A DNA stretch of 64,000 nt, taken from NCBI GenBank assembly GCA_019744975.1, contig JAIETP010000020.1, positions 83,307 through 147,306 on the forward strand, given 5' to 3'. Each line of letters begins with the position of its first letter. Within the stretch, counting starts at the first letter, position 1. Below are positions 8,413-18,303 of this stretch, piece after piece. The notes beneath the pieces are model-generated. The model saw only the letters and a program-made list of their open reading frames with translations, searched no databases and was not told the DNA's origin. The stretch is from Burkholderiales bacterium (lineage in GTDB: Bacteria > Pseudomonadota > Gammaproteobacteria > Burkholderiales > SG8-41). Both the position numbers and the translations under genes were made by a program.

Positions 8413-10398
8413 TTATTTCGGGGTTTGTTTGAGCTGGTCAAGGATCGCCGGATTTTCCAGTGTCGACACATCCTGCACGATGTCCTCGCCCTTGGCGATC
8501 GAGCGCAGCAGCCGGCGCATGATTTTGCCGGAGCGGGTCTTCGGCAGGTTGTCGCCGAAGCGGATGTCCCGGGGTTTGGCGATGGGGCCGATTTCCTTGC
8601 CCACCCAGTCCTGCAGTTCCTTGATGATTTTTTTTGCGGCATCCCCTTCAGGGCGCGCCTGTTTCAGCACAACAAAGGCGACCACGGCCTCGCCGGTAAG
8701 CTCATCGGGGCGGCCGACCACGGCCGCTTCGGCAACCAGCGCGCTATTGGCGACCAGCGCCGATTCGATTTCCATGGTGCCGAGACGGTGGCCGGAGACG
8801 TTCAATACGTCATCGATACGACCCATGATGCGGATGTAGCCGTCCTCATCATAGGTTGCACCGTCTCCAGCCAGATAGTACTTGCCCTGGAAATCCTCCG
8901 GGAAATAGGTTTTTTTGAAACGCTCCGGGTCGCCCCAGATCGTGCGCAGCATTGACGGCCAGGGTTTTTTGATGACCAGGATGCCGCCTTTGCCCTTGCC
9001 CACGGAATGTCCGGTTTCATCGACGATGTCGGCAATGATGCCGGGCAGCGGCAGGGTGGCTGAACCCGGTTTGGTCGGTGTTGCGCCGGGCAGCGGGGTG
9101 ATCATGTGGCCCCCCGTTTCAGTCTGCCACCAGGTATCGACAATGGGGCAGCGGGTGCCGCCGACGGTTTCGTGATACCACATCCAGGCTTCGGGATTGA
9201 TCGGCTCGCCGACGGTGCCGAGGATGCGCAGGCTCGTCAGATCGTATTTTTTCGGCAGGTCGCCGCCGGCCTTGATCAGTGAACGAATCGCGGTCGGTGC
9301 GGTGTAGAACACCGTGACTTTGTGATCCTGGATCATTTTCCAGAACCGTCCGGCATCCGGCCAGGTCGGCACCCCTTCAAAAACGACTTCGGTGCCGCCG
9401 CAGGCCAGCGGACCGTAACAGACATAGGAATGGCCTGTGACCCAGCCCACATCAGCGGTGCACCAGAATACGTCGGTCGGTTTGTGGTCAAAGGTCCACT
9501 TCATCGTCAGGATGGTCCACAGCAGGTATCCGCCGGTGGAATGCTGGATGCCCTTGGGTTTGCCGGTGGAACCGGAGGTGTAGAGAATGAACAGCGGATG
9601 TTCAGCGTCGACCCATTCCGGTTCGCAGGCATCCGGCTGGCCTTTGACCAGGTCATGCAGCCAGACATCGATTTTTGCGTTCCAGTTGACCTTGCCGCCG
9701 GTGCGTTGGTAGACCACGACCGACTTGATTGATTCGCAGCCGCCGAGGGCGATGCCGTCATCAACCGCAGTCTTCAGCGCAATCGCCTTGCCGCCGCGCA
9801 TCTGTTCGTCGGCGGTCAGTACGGCCACAGCGCCGGCGTCGATGATGCGTTCCTGCAGGCTTTTTGCCGAAAAGCCGCCGAACACCACCGAGTGTATGGC
9901 GCCGATGCGCGCGCAGGCCTGCATGGCGACAATCGCTTCGATCGACATCGGCATGTAGATGATGACGCGATCGCCTTTTTTGATGCCGCGTGACTTGAGG
10001 CCGTTGGCCAGCATGCAGGTCCGGCGGTGGAGGTCGTGGTAGCTGGCCCTGGTGATTTTGCCGTCATCGGCCTCGAAAATGACCGCGGTTTTGTCGGGCT
10101 GCGTCTGCAGATGCCGGTCGAGGCAGTTGTACGACGCGTTCAACGTGCCGTCGGCGAACCAGCGGAAAAACGGCGCCTTGGAACCGTCGAAGGTCTGGGT
10201 GAACGGTTTTTTCCAAAGCAGGTGTTTGCGTGCCAGATCGGCCCAGAAGCCGGTGTAGTCCTTTTCGGCGGCGGCGCACATCGCGCGGTAGGCGTCCATG
10301 CCGGAAATGTTCGCCTGAGCGACCAGTTTTGCATCCGGCGGAAACACGCGGGTTTCATGCAGGACTGATTCAATGGTTCCGGATGCTGGGGTGGACAT
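8413..10398 (-). CDS. acs: Acetyl-CoA synthetase
   Basis: [34 protein letters not shown] (acetylatable Lys); GGAGG RBS. Confidence 0.97.
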   Translation of the reverse strand: MSTPASGTIESVLHETRVFPPDAKLVAQANISGMDAYRAMCAAAEKDYTGFWADLARKHLLWKKPFTQTFDGSKAPFFRWFADGTLNASYNCLDRHLQTQPDKTAVIFEADDGKITRASYHDLHRRTCMLANGLKSRGIKKGDRVIIYMPMSIEAIVAMQACARIGAIHSVVFGGFSAKSLQERIIDAGAVAVLTADEQMRGGKAIALKTAVDDGIALGGCESIKSVVVYQRTGGKVNWNAKIDVWLHDLVKGQPDACEPEWVDAEHPLFILYTSGSTGKPKGIQHSTGGYLLWTILTMKWTFDHKPTDVFWCTADVGWVTGHSYVCYGPLACGGTEVVFEGVPTWPDAGRFWKMIQDHKVTVFYTAPTAIRSLIKAGGDLPKKYDLTSLRILGTVGEPINPEAWMWYHETVGGTRCPIVDTWWQTETGGHMITPLPGATPTKPGSATLPLPGIIADIVDETGHSVGKGKGGILVIKKPWPSMLRTIWGDPERFKKTYFPEDFQGKYYLAGDGATYDEDGYIRIMGRIDDVLNVSGHRLGTMEIESALVANSALVAEAAVVGRPDELTGEAVVAFVVLKQARPEGDAAKKIIKELQDWVGKEIGPIAKPRDIRFGDNLPKTRSGKIMRRLLRSIAKGEDIVQDVSTLENPAILDQLKQTPK

Positions 10399-10644
10399 GA
10401 CGCTCCTCCGATGGCTGTTATTCCGATGGTAATTGGTGCGGTCGATTGTGATCGGGTTGGATCGGGTGTGATCGCAGTATCAATGACGGCGCAGCCGCCA
10501 GTTGGCACAAGGTTTCCGACAGATCGTCTCGACGCAGCTGTTTATGCGCTATAAAATCATTAACGCCCCTGTCTTGTAAAGCCGCCGCGGCCCCGAGGCC
10601 GTGGCGTTTCCCGGGATTCGCGGGCATACTTACGACTTTCTTAC

Positions 10645-10740
10645 GGCGGGCCTCCCCGCATCGCATGGTAGTGAACCTGGTCAGGTCCGGAAGGAAGCAG
10701 CCACAGCTATTTAATGCGAGTGCCGGGGGTTAGGCTCGCC
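10645..10740 (+). ncRNA. ffs: Signal recognition particle 4.5S RNA
   Basis: Conserved core TCAGGTCCGGAAGGAAGCAGC; 5' GGCGGGCCT pairs with 3' AGGCTCGCC; upstream of dnaX. Confidence 0.92.
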
Positions 10741-10751
10741 ACCCCAATTCC

Positions 10752-10783
10752 AAAAAAACGGACGGCGTGGCCGTCCGTTTTTT
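10752..10783. terminator. Bidirectional intrinsic terminator after ffs
   Basis: AAAAAAACGGACGGC-GTG-GCCGTCCGTTTTTT perfect hairpin with A/T tracts on both sides. Confidence 0.9.
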
Positions 10784-10958
10784 GTTTTTTGTCAATAACA
10801 AGACAAGCGGTGCGCCGCGCAGGTTTTGCCGGCGGCGTCTGCAGGACTGTTTCCGCTGACCGCTTGCGTCCGCGCTTCTGGCTGGCGGCTTTGCCGGTAA
10901 AATAACGGTCTTGGCTGATTTTTCTTTTTCCTGCTTTCCCTAGTTAACGCGAGCCGCC

Positions 10959-12521
10959 GTGACCCAGGTTCTTGCCCGCAAGTGGCGCCCCCGCAGCTTT
11001 ACCGAACTGGTCGGCCAGGAGCACGTGGTGCGCGCGCTGACCAATGCGCTGCGCCAGCAGCGGCTGCACCATGCCTACCTGTTCACCGGTACCCGCGGTG
11101 TCGGCAAGACCACACTGGCGCGCATCCTGGCGAAGTCGCTGAATTGCGAAACCGGCGTTACCGACACGCCCTGCGGCAAATGTGCGGCCTGCACGGAAAT
11201 CGATGCTGGCCGTTTTGTCGATCTGATCGAACTCGACGCCGCGTCCAACACCCAAGTCGACAATATGCGCGAATTGCTGGAAAACGCGCTGTATGCGCCG
11301 ACCAGCGGGCGCTACAAGGTGTACATCATCGACGAAGTGCACATGTTGTCGCGCTCCGCGTTCAACGCCATGCTGAAAACGCTGGAAGAGCCGCCGGGCC
11401 ATGTGAAATTCATCCTCGCCACCACCGATCCGCAGAAAATTCCGGTGACGGTGCTGTCGCGTTGCCTGCAGTTCGGTCTGAAACAGATTCCGCAGCCGCA
11501 GATCCGCGAGCGCCTGGCGGAAATCCTTGCCGCGGAAAACGTGCCGGCGGATTCGCAGTCGATCGCGCTGGTGGCGCGCGCCGCCGAAGGCAGCCTGCGT
11601 GACGCGCTGAGCCTGCTCGATCAGGCGATTGCCCATGGCGGCGGCAAACTGGACGAGGCTTCGACGCGCGCGATGCTGGGCGCGGTGGACCAGACCTATC
11701 TCTACGTGATACTCAAGGCATTGGCCGAACGCGACGGCGCGGAACTGGTGGCCGGTGCCGAACGCATGGCCGAGCGCAGCCTGTCCTTCGAGTCGGCGCT
11801 GCAGGATCTGGCGTCGCTGCTGCACCGGGTGGCGCTGGCGCAGGTGGTGCCGCAAAGTATCGCCGCGGATGATCCGGACGCAGCGGCCATACTCGAATTG
11901 TCCAAAACCCTGGCTGCCGAAGACCTGCAACTGTATTACCAGATTGCCGTGCAGGGGCGGGCCGAGATCGGCCTGGCGCCGGACGAACATGCCGGTTTCA
12001 TGATGACGCTGTTGCGCATGCTGGCTTTTGCGCCGGGCGCTGTCGCGGCAAGCAGCGCTGCCGTGACCATGGCGCCGGCGAAGACTCCGGCTGTTGCAGC
12101 GACTGCGTCCACCGCAAGGCCGGCGGCGTCCGCGGTCAGGGCCGATCCTTCGTCCTGGGTGGAGCTGGTCGGGCAACTGGGCCTCAGCGCGATGGCCAAC
12201 CAGCTGGCGCTGCGCTGTGAAATGACAAAGCGCACGGCGGAGATGATCGAGCTGCGCATCTCGCCGGCGGACGAACGCATGTTCGATAAAACCTACCGTG
12301 ACAGATTGACCGCAGCGCTGCGCCAGTTGCTGGGCGCGCAGCTGCGGGTGACTTTCCTGGCCGGCGAAGTGGCGGGTGTGTCGCCCAAGGCGATGACCGA
12401 CCGCAAGACCGAGCAGCGGCAGGCGGCGGCCGTCGCCGAAATCCGCGAGGATCCCTTTGTCCTTGAACTGCTGGAGGATTTCGGCGGCTCGGTCGAGGAT
12501 GCTTCCATCAAACCAAAGTAA
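10959..12521 (+). CDS. dnaX: DNA polymerase III subunit gamma/tau
   Basis: LARKWRP, GTRGVGKT Walker A, zinc module PCGKCAAC, DEVHML, SRC motif. Confidence 0.97.
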   Translation: MTQVLARKWRPRSFTELVGQEHVVRALTNALRQQRLHHAYLFTGTRGVGKTTLARILAKSLNCETGVTDTPCGKCAACTEIDAGRFVDLIELDAASNTQVDNMRELLENALYAPTSGRYKVYIIDEVHMLSRSAFNAMLKTLEEPPGHVKFILATTDPQKIPVTVLSRCLQFGLKQIPQPQIRERLAEILAAENVPADSQSIALVARAAEGSLRDALSLLDQAIAHGGGKLDEASTRAMLGAVDQTYLYVILKALAERDGAELVAGAERMAERSLSFESALQDLASLLHRVALAQVVPQSIAADDPDAAAILELSKTLAAEDLQLYYQIAVQGRAEIGLAPDEHAGFMMTLLRMLAFAPGAVAASSAAVTMAPAKTPAVAATASTARPAASAVRADPSSWVELVGQLGLSAMANQLALRCEMTKRTAEMIELRISPADERMFDKTYRDRLTAALRQLLGAQLRVTFLAGEVAGVSPKAMTDRKTEQRQAAAVAEIREDPFVLELLEDFGGSVEDASIKPK

Positions 12522-12539
12522 ACAGAAAAGGTTGTCATC

Positions 12540-12866
12540 ATGATGAAAGGTCAGCTCGCGGGATTGATGAAACAGGCGCAGCAGATGCAGGACAACATGC
12601 GCAAGATGCAGGAGCAGCTCGCACTGATCGAGGTTGAGGGGCAGGCGGGGTCGGGTGCGGTCAAGGTGGTCATGACCTGCAAACATGAGGTCAAGCGCGT
12701 CGCCATCGACCCGTCGGTCATCGGCGATGACAAGGACATGCTTGAGGACCTGATCGCGTTGGCCATGAATGACGCCGTGCGCAAGGTCGAAGCCACCAGC
12801 CAGGAAAAAATGGCCGGAGTGACCGCCGGGCTGCCCTTGCCGCCGGGCATGAAGCTGCCATTTTGA
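12540..12866 (+). CDS. ybaB: YbaB/EbfC nucleoid-associated protein
   Basis: MKQAQQMQ...[11 protein letters not shown]...[12 protein letters not shown]; located between dnaX and recR. Confidence 0.93.
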   Translation: MMKGQLAGLMKQAQQMQDNMRKMQEQLALIEVEGQAGSGAVKVVMTCKHEVKRVAIDPSVIGDDKDMLEDLIALAMNDAVRKVEATSQEKMAGVTAGLPLPPGMKLPF

Positions 12867-12881
12867 TTTGTTAAATTATAT

Positions 12882-12900
12882 AATAAAATCAAATACTTAT
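12882..12900 (+). repeat. Dispersed AT-rich IHF-like motif, copy 2 (AATAAAATCAAATACTTAT)
   Basis: Exact WATCAANNNNTTR match; 19/19 identical to copy at 51128. Confidence 0.78.
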
Positions 12901-12914
12901 ATTAAACTCCTATT

Positions 12915-13517
12915 GTGAATTCACCGCCATCGCTGCAAGCCCTGATTGATGCGCTGCGCTGCCTGCCCGGTGTCGGGCCGCGTTCGGCGCAGCGCATGGC
13001 CTTCCACCTGATGCAGCGTGACAGGCAGGGTGCTGAGCGTCTGGCCGTAACCATGGGCGCGGCGCTGCAGCGGGTGCGCCATTGCGAACGCTGCAACAAT
13101 TTTTCCGAGGAACCGGTGTGCCAGTTGTGCCTGTCGCCGCGGCGCAACAGCCGGTTGTTATGCGTCGTCGAAACACCGGGCGACCTGCTGATGATGGAGC
13201 AGGCGCAGTGCCATGACGGACTGTATTTTGTGCTGATGGGCGCCTTGTCGCCGCTGGACGGCATCGGGCCGAAAGACATCCACCTCGAACGCCTGTTGCA
13301 GCGCGCCGCCGATGGCGTGGTGCAGGAAGTGGTGCTGGCCACCAATTTTACGGTGGAGGGCGAGGCCACTGCGCACTATGCCGGCGAACTGCTGCGTGCC
13401 AAAGGTGTCAAGGTCACGCGTATCGCGCGCGGTCTTCCGGTCGGCGGCGAACTCGAGCATGTCGACAGCGGCACGCTGGCGCAGGCGGTGCAGGAACGAC
13501 GCGACGTGCTGGGTTAG
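12915..13517 (+). CDS. recR: Recombination mediator RecR
   Basis: [13 protein letters not shown] HhH, C4 zinc finger, Toprim EVVLATN. Confidence 0.96.
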   Translation: MNSPPSLQALIDALRCLPGVGPRSAQRMAFHLMQRDRQGAERLAVTMGAALQRVRHCERCNNFSEEPVCQLCLSPRRNSRLLCVVETPGDLLMMEQAQCHDGLYFVLMGALSPLDGIGPKDIHLERLLQRAADGVVQEVVLATNFTVEGEATAHYAGELLRAKGVKVTRIARGLPVGGELEHVDSGTLAQAVQERRDVLG

Positions 13518-13540
13518 CGCAGGCAGGTCGGAATAAGACG

Positions 13541-15796
13541 TTATCGCTTGAATCCGGCGGCAAAAGCCACGGTCGGCGCCGGAGAAAAGATGTTGCCTGC
13601 CAGCGCAAGGCCGGCACCTTGCGGGCCGACAAATACTCCCGTTGCGTTGCTGCTGGCTGGTGCCGACGCGCTGCATACACCACCCACGCAAGTACCGGAG
13701 AGACTCATGGTATTGGTAATGGCCGGCGAATTGGTGAAGGTGCAGGCGGTGCAGGTCGTGAGACTGTAGTTGACGCCGCCTACAGCCAGCGTAAGCGGTG
13801 TTGCGACTGCAATCGTGCCGCTGGTCGCGCCGAACGAAATGTTCAGAGCCCCGCCACTGAACAATCCTATGGCGCCTGATGTGTTGACGGGATTGGGGCC
13901 ACCGGCAAAGGTGTAGGTAAAACTGCCGCTGATCGGCAGGACCGTATTGCCATTCCCGACCACGTACGGCACGCCGGTCGGCGGGCTTGTGACGCCGGTG
14001 TTCGGAGACGGAAAGACCGTCGTTGAACCGGACCAGCGGCCCCAGTTCATGGTGCTGCCATCCACCAACAAAGTGCTGCCGGTTTCAATGACAGTTCCCG
14101 CACCGAGGCTGCCACTTAACGCGGAGCCGGGGGATCCGTTACCAAATGCGATCAGATTGGTCCCGGAAAACTGGGACAGCGAGCCGGTGCCAGTGTTGTT
14201 GGCGAATGAAGGTGTTGCGCTGGCAAACGCAAGCTCACCGGTCTGACCACTGGGACCCGGAGTGAAGCTGTTGCTCTGGTAGGAATTGAGAAACACGACG
14301 GGTCCCGCCAGAGTGCCGTTAAACCCGCCGCCGACGACGGCCAGTTCATAGCCGTTGGGTCCGCCGGTGCCAATGTCAAAGCCACCGGATACACTCGGGT
14401 TTGCGCAATAGATACCGGTGCAAGTTCCGGAAAGACTGCCGCCGAAATCACCGGTACGGATGCCGTAGGTTCTGCTGCCAATGCCACTTACCGTAAAAGC
14501 CGCCCCTGAAAAATTGGCGCTCATGCTGTAGGTGGCGGATTGAGCGGTGAAATTCAAGGTCAGGGAACTGCTCGTCAGCGTTCCTGTGTTGCCACCGGCA
14601 TCAACCGGCGAAGGGCCGCCCACGTAGGTGTAGGTGGCGGTGCCGCTGGAAGGCTGAAGGGAGCTGTTTCCCTGGGTCAGCCCGGTGGCCGTGCCGAACA
14701 GCACCGGTACGTTGCTCAAGGGCGTGCCGCCAAGAGTCAGAATCTGCGTATTGCCGGTCCAGCGACCCCAGGTCAGCACCTGACCATTGGGGTAGATATA
14801 GCTGCCAGTGTCGACTATGGCCCCACCGCTGGTGCCATAGGGGGCGATGCCTGCGGTGCCATAGGACAAAAGTTGGTTCAGGCTGTTGTAAACGCCTACA
14901 TCTTTATTACCGTCAAATACGGCTTCAGCAGTGCTGAAAAAGGGATAGATGACAACCCAGCCGTTAGCCGGAGGCAGTACTGCCGGCGTTCCCTGCGGAC
15001 CGAGCGATTGAGTGGCCACGAACTGCAGTTGCGGCAGGGCCTCCGGTGTGGTGCTCGGGCGGCTTTCCGAAGCCGCACCGCCGGTCGTGGCCTGTTCCGT
15101 TCCCGAACCACCGGACGCGCTCTTGGTGCCGCCCTGCTTGCGGCTCTCCAGCTTGTTGGATACAAAATCGGGCGCCACCAGCAGGGGTTCAACAATGCTT
15201 TTGGCGTCGGCGACGTAGAAATTTTCGTTGATGCCGAAGGATTTCTGGTCCCGCTCATTGGACACGTCGATGTGGTTGGTGCCGTGCGAAATGCCGTGAG
15301 TGCGCCCATAGAGTCCGTCTTTGGCCAGCGAGCCGTCGCTGTTGCGGCAATCGCCTTGGCATAAGGTTGCCGCGTAGTCGGTGCCGCGGATGCCGATGGT
15401 CGCGGTAACCGTACTCAGCCGGTAGTTGGCGTGGTTGGCGCGACCCACCAGCCCGGTCACTGTGCGCAGCCCTCCCTTGAGCAGGCTGAGAAATCCGCGT
15501 TCGTTGCCGTCTTCCTTGCCGGAAAAGCGGAAATCGTCGATCCGCAGCTCGCTGTTTTCCTTCAGGGAGACAATGCTCTCATCGCTGAAGCGCACCTGCA
15601 GGTTGCTCGCCGCACCCGTGCGCAGCAGATCCTTGTCCTGGATCATCGCGCCGTAAGTGAGGCTGACGGTTTGATTGCCGCGGACCGCAACCGCATTGCC
15701 GGCGGCGAGCAGCACCCGGCCGACGTCTGCGGCATGGGCCGTGGTGGCGAGTCCCAGTGCAACCATGAAGGCAAAGCGGGGCAGAAGTGGTTTCAT
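13541..15796 (-). CDS. Secreted FecR-domain protein with G/S/T-rich duplicated C-terminal beta modules (putative Slam/T11SS cargo)
   Basis: Sec-type signal peptide; FecR signature (LRTGAASNLQVRFSDES...TATIGIRGT); two similar modules (WGRW...TYT..GGP.PV); TbpB-barrel-like end GVFVGPQGAGLA...AAGFKR. Confidence 0.75.
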   Translation of the reverse strand: MKPLLPRFAFMVALGLATTAHAADVGRVLLAAGNAVAVRGNQTVSLTYGAMIQDKDLLRTGAASNLQVRFSDESIVSLKENSELRIDDFRFSGKEDGNERGFLSLLKGGLRTVTGLVGRANHANYRLSTVTATIGIRGTDYAATLCQGDCRNSDGSLAKDGLYGRTHGISHGTNHIDVSNERDQKSFGINENFYVADAKSIVEPLLVAPDFVSNKLESRKQGGTKSASGGSGTEQATTGGAASESRPSTTPEALPQLQFVATQSLGPQGTPAVLPPANGWVVIYPFFSTAEAVFDGNKDVGVYNSLNQLLSYGTAGIAPYGTSGGAIVDTGSYIYPNGQVLTWGRWTGNTQILTLGGTPLSNVPVLFGTATGLTQGNSSLQPSSGTATYTYVGGPSPVDAGGNTGTLTSSSLTLNFTAQSATYSMSANFSGAAFTVSGIGSRTYGIRTGDFGGSLSGTCTGIYCANPSVSGGFDIGTGGPNGYELAVVGGGFNGTLAGPVVFLNSYQSNSFTPGPSGQTGELAFASATPSFANNTGTGSLSQFSGTNLIAFGNGSPGSALSGSLGAGTVIETGSTLLVDGSTMNWGRWSGSTTVFPSPNTGVTSPPTGVPYVVGNGNTVLPISGSFTYTFAGGPNPVNTSGAIGLFSGGALNISFGATSGTIAVATPLTLAVGGVNYSLTTCTACTFTNSPAITNTMSLSGTCVGGVCSASAPASSNATGVFVGPQGAGLALAGNIFSPAPTVAFAAGFKR

Positions 15797-15806
15797 GATG
15801 TTCCCC

Positions 15807-17132
15807 TTACCTGAAATCGTAGCGAATCTTGAATGTCAGCATGTCCCGCCGGTACGTGTAGAGCTCGAGGTTCGATGAATTCTTCGACAGCAGCAGTTCG
15901 GCGCGCAGACTCAGGTCCCGCGTGTAGGCGTAACTTGCAACCGCATCGGCGGCATAATAATTGTCGCTGCGCGTGGTGCCCAGAAGCAGATCCGGCCCGT
16001 CATAGCGGCTTTTCTGGTAGGTGCCGCCGACAGAGAGCGCCCACTTGGGAATCGGTGTGATGGCGAGTGCGGCCCGTCCGCCGTAAATTTCGCGACCGAG
16101 ATCCGGCCGGCCTTCGGTATTGCGTTCTTTCCCGGTGTTGATGCTGAGCGTCAGCAGGGGCTGCCATTTGTCGATGAAGGCTTTGCGGTACCCGATACCT
16201 GCGGCATGGAACTCGGCATCGCGGACCCTGTTGTTGCCGGCATAATCGAATTCCGCGATCTGCACGAACGGGCTGATGGTCTGCAGTTCGTCAAGCTGGT
16301 GCAGCCATTCCCCGGACAGGCTGCTGACGGTCCGGAAACGGTTGTAGTCGACGGTGGCCTCCGCGCGTGAAGCGGTGAGGCGATAGAAATTTCTGTCCTT
16401 GAAATACGAGATGCCGCCGTTCGCGGCAATATTGCCCTGGTCGAATTGCTGGGCATCGCCCGAACTGTTGAATTTGCCGTCTATCTGGCCACCGGCGAAC
16501 ACGGCCAGACCCGGAGAAATAGGATGCGAGATCTGGCCGCCGATGGCGAGCCAGCTGAAGTTGGATCCGGTCTTGACGCCGGTCTGGCCGATCACGACGT
16601 TGCCGAAAACCGGAAGATTGATATTGGCGCTGCCGACACCACCGTTGACGTTGCTGTCGTAACCATAACCCAATTCCACAAACAGGCCTGCGGTCGTGCG
16701 GTAAGTGCTTTCGCGTGAGCGCAGGGCGTCGAGGAAACGCTCGATATTGGCAGCGACCGCCGCGGGCGGCTTGGTGTTCAGGATCGCCTCGAATTCTTCT
16801 CGGGCACGGACATCATCTCCCATGACGAAGTAGCCGCGTGCGAGTTCCAGCCTCGCGTTGACGTTATCCGGGAAGTTGACGGCATAGCGCTCCAGGGCGA
16901 GTACGCCTTCGCCGGCATGGCCGCTGTCGATGGCGGCCACGCCAAAGTAGAAGTCGAACTGCGGATTGCCGAGTTGATCAGGGTGATTCTTGCCCAGCGC
17001 GTAAGCTGCGGCGGCATTGCCCTTGTCGAGCAAGGCTTTGACTTCGTCGGCGGGAGCGGCAAATGCTGTGCTGGCCGATGTCACTATTGCCAGAAGCCCG
17101 ATACAGATTACAGCCTTACCCCTGAATTTCAT
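15807..17132 (-). CDS. TPR + outer-membrane beta-barrel protein, Slam/DUF560-like
   Basis: Signal peptide, TPR-like ARLELARGYFVMGD, barrel starting GYGYDSNVNGG, amphipathic strands ending KIRYDFR. Confidence 0.75.
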   Translation of the reverse strand: MKFRGKAVICIGLLAIVTSASTAFAAPADEVKALLDKGNAAAAYALGKNHPDQLGNPQFDFYFGVAAIDSGHAGEGVLALERYAVNFPDNVNARLELARGYFVMGDDVRAREEFEAILNTKPPAAVAANIERFLDALRSRESTYRTTAGLFVELGYGYDSNVNGGVGSANINLPVFGNVVIGQTGVKTGSNFSWLAIGGQISHPISPGLAVFAGGQIDGKFNSSGDAQQFDQGNIAANGGISYFKDRNFYRLTASRAEATVDYNRFRTVSSLSGEWLHQLDELQTISPFVQIAEFDYAGNNRVRDAEFHAAGIGYRKAFIDKWQPLLTLSINTGKERNTEGRPDLGREIYGGRAALAITPIPKWALSVGGTYQKSRYDGPDLLLGTTRSDNYYAADAVASYAYTRDLSLRAELLLSKNSSNLELYTYRRDMLTFKIRYDFR

Positions 17133-17313
17133 TTTTATTCTCCCTTGCCTGCCCCTAAGCTTCGGAGAGGGGGCGGCAAATTTATAGGCTCTGTATACTG
17201 CGAAATTCAGGAATCAGCATACACCAAACCATGAAATCAACAAGATCAGCTCGTGAGTTATCACAAAGATTACCCAGGAAACCCGCCCAAGCGGGGCCGG
17301 GATCGGTTGGCGC

Positions 17314-18303
17314 ATGACAGGCGCACGGAAAAAACGCAGCCCGTTTCGCAATCCGCAGCCGAAAGTGGATCCCAAGGCGCAAACTGCGCCGCGCGGTGAG
17401 GCTCGCGGAGAGATTCGCGGACAGAGTCAGGCGCCTGTCGCTGCTGAAGTGGCGGTCAAATCAACGGGTCAGGCGCCGGCGGATATGCGCGGCGAAAAGC
17501 TGCACAAGATGCTGGCACAGGCCGGCCTGGGGTCACGCCGCGCAATGGAGGAGCGCATCCGCGCCGGCGAGGTCATGGTCAACGGCAAGGTCGCCGGCAT
17601 CGGCGACCGGGTGACGGCGGAAGACCATGTCAAGGTCGGTGCGCGGATCGTGCGCTGGCCGCAGCAGGGCCAGTTGCCGCGGGTGCTGCTGTATCACAAG
17701 CCGGAAGGCGAAATCGTCAGCAATGATGATCCTCAGGGCCGGCCGACGGTGTTCAGCAAACTGCCTCCGGCGCGCGGTGCGAAATGGCTGGCGATCGGAC
17801 GCCTCGACTTCAATACCAGCGGCCTGCTGATTTTTACGACCTCGGGCGACCTTGCCAATCGCATGATGCATCCGCGCTTCGAGGTCGAACGTGAATACGC
17901 GGTGAGGGTTTTGGGTGCCATTAATCCGGCCAGCCTTGATGCGCTGCGCGCGGGAGTGCAGCTCGAAGACGGCGTCGCCCGTTTCGAACATCTGGAGGAA
18001 GAGGGCGGTGACGGCGCCAACCGCTGGTTCCGCGTGCTGTTGCGCGAAGGTCGCAATCGCGTGGTACGGCGTTTGTTCGAATCACAGAACCTGACGGTAA
18101 GCCGGCTGATGCGCGTGCGTTTCGGCATTGTCGCGCTGCCGCCGCGGTTGAAGCGCGGTCAGTTCATTGAGCTGGAGTCCGGCGACGTCGAACAACTGCT
18201 GGCCTGGGCTTCGGCGCCGGAGCAGACGGAAGCGCCGCCAATGCTGCCCTCTGCAACAACAGAACACAGTCGTCCCCGCCGCTCGTCTCCGCCCAGATCA
18301 TAG
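17314..18303 (+). CDS. rluB: 23S rRNA pseudouridine synthase, RluB-like
   Basis: S4 domain EKLHKMLAQAGLGSRR, catalytic GRLDFNTSGLL, MMHPRFEVEREY. Confidence 0.8.
   Translation: MTGARKKRSPFRNPQPKVDPKAQTAPRGEARGEIRGQSQAPVAAEVAVKSTGQAPADMRGEKLHKMLAQAGLGSRRAMEERIRAGEVMVNGKVAGIGDRVTAEDHVKVGARIVRWPQQGQLPRVLLYHKPEGEIVSNDDPQGRPTVFSKLPPARGAKWLAIGRLDFNTSGLLIFTTSGDLANRMMHPRFEVEREYAVRVLGAINPASLDALRAGVQLEDGVARFEHLEEEGGDGANRWFRVLLREGRNRVVRRLFESQNLTVSRLMRVRFGIVALPPRLKRGQFIELESGDVEQLLAWASAPEQTEAPPMLPSATTEHSRPRRSSPPRS

Noticed and set aside
10503-10518. TGGCAC resembling a sigma54 -24 box upstream of ffs
   Set aside because: The -12 position reads CC instead of the required GC
10782-10798. TTGTTTTTTGTCAATAA resembling part of the 76-78 bp repeat
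   Set aside because: Only a short low-complexity match, overlapping the ffs terminator T-tract
10959-12521. Programmed -1 frameshift in dnaX
   Set aside because: No AAAAAAG slippery site with a downstream hairpin found by eye
10944-12686. 580-aa antisense ORF over dnaX/ybaB (similar long shadows at 38651-40591, 49042-50652, 62392-63843)
   Set aside because: Fully antisense to well-supported conserved genes, no recognisable motifs, expected from high-GC codon bias
17133-17313. Possible Fur box upstream of the Slam/FecR pair
   Set aside because: No match to GATAATGATAATCATTATC seen, so iron regulation is unsupported
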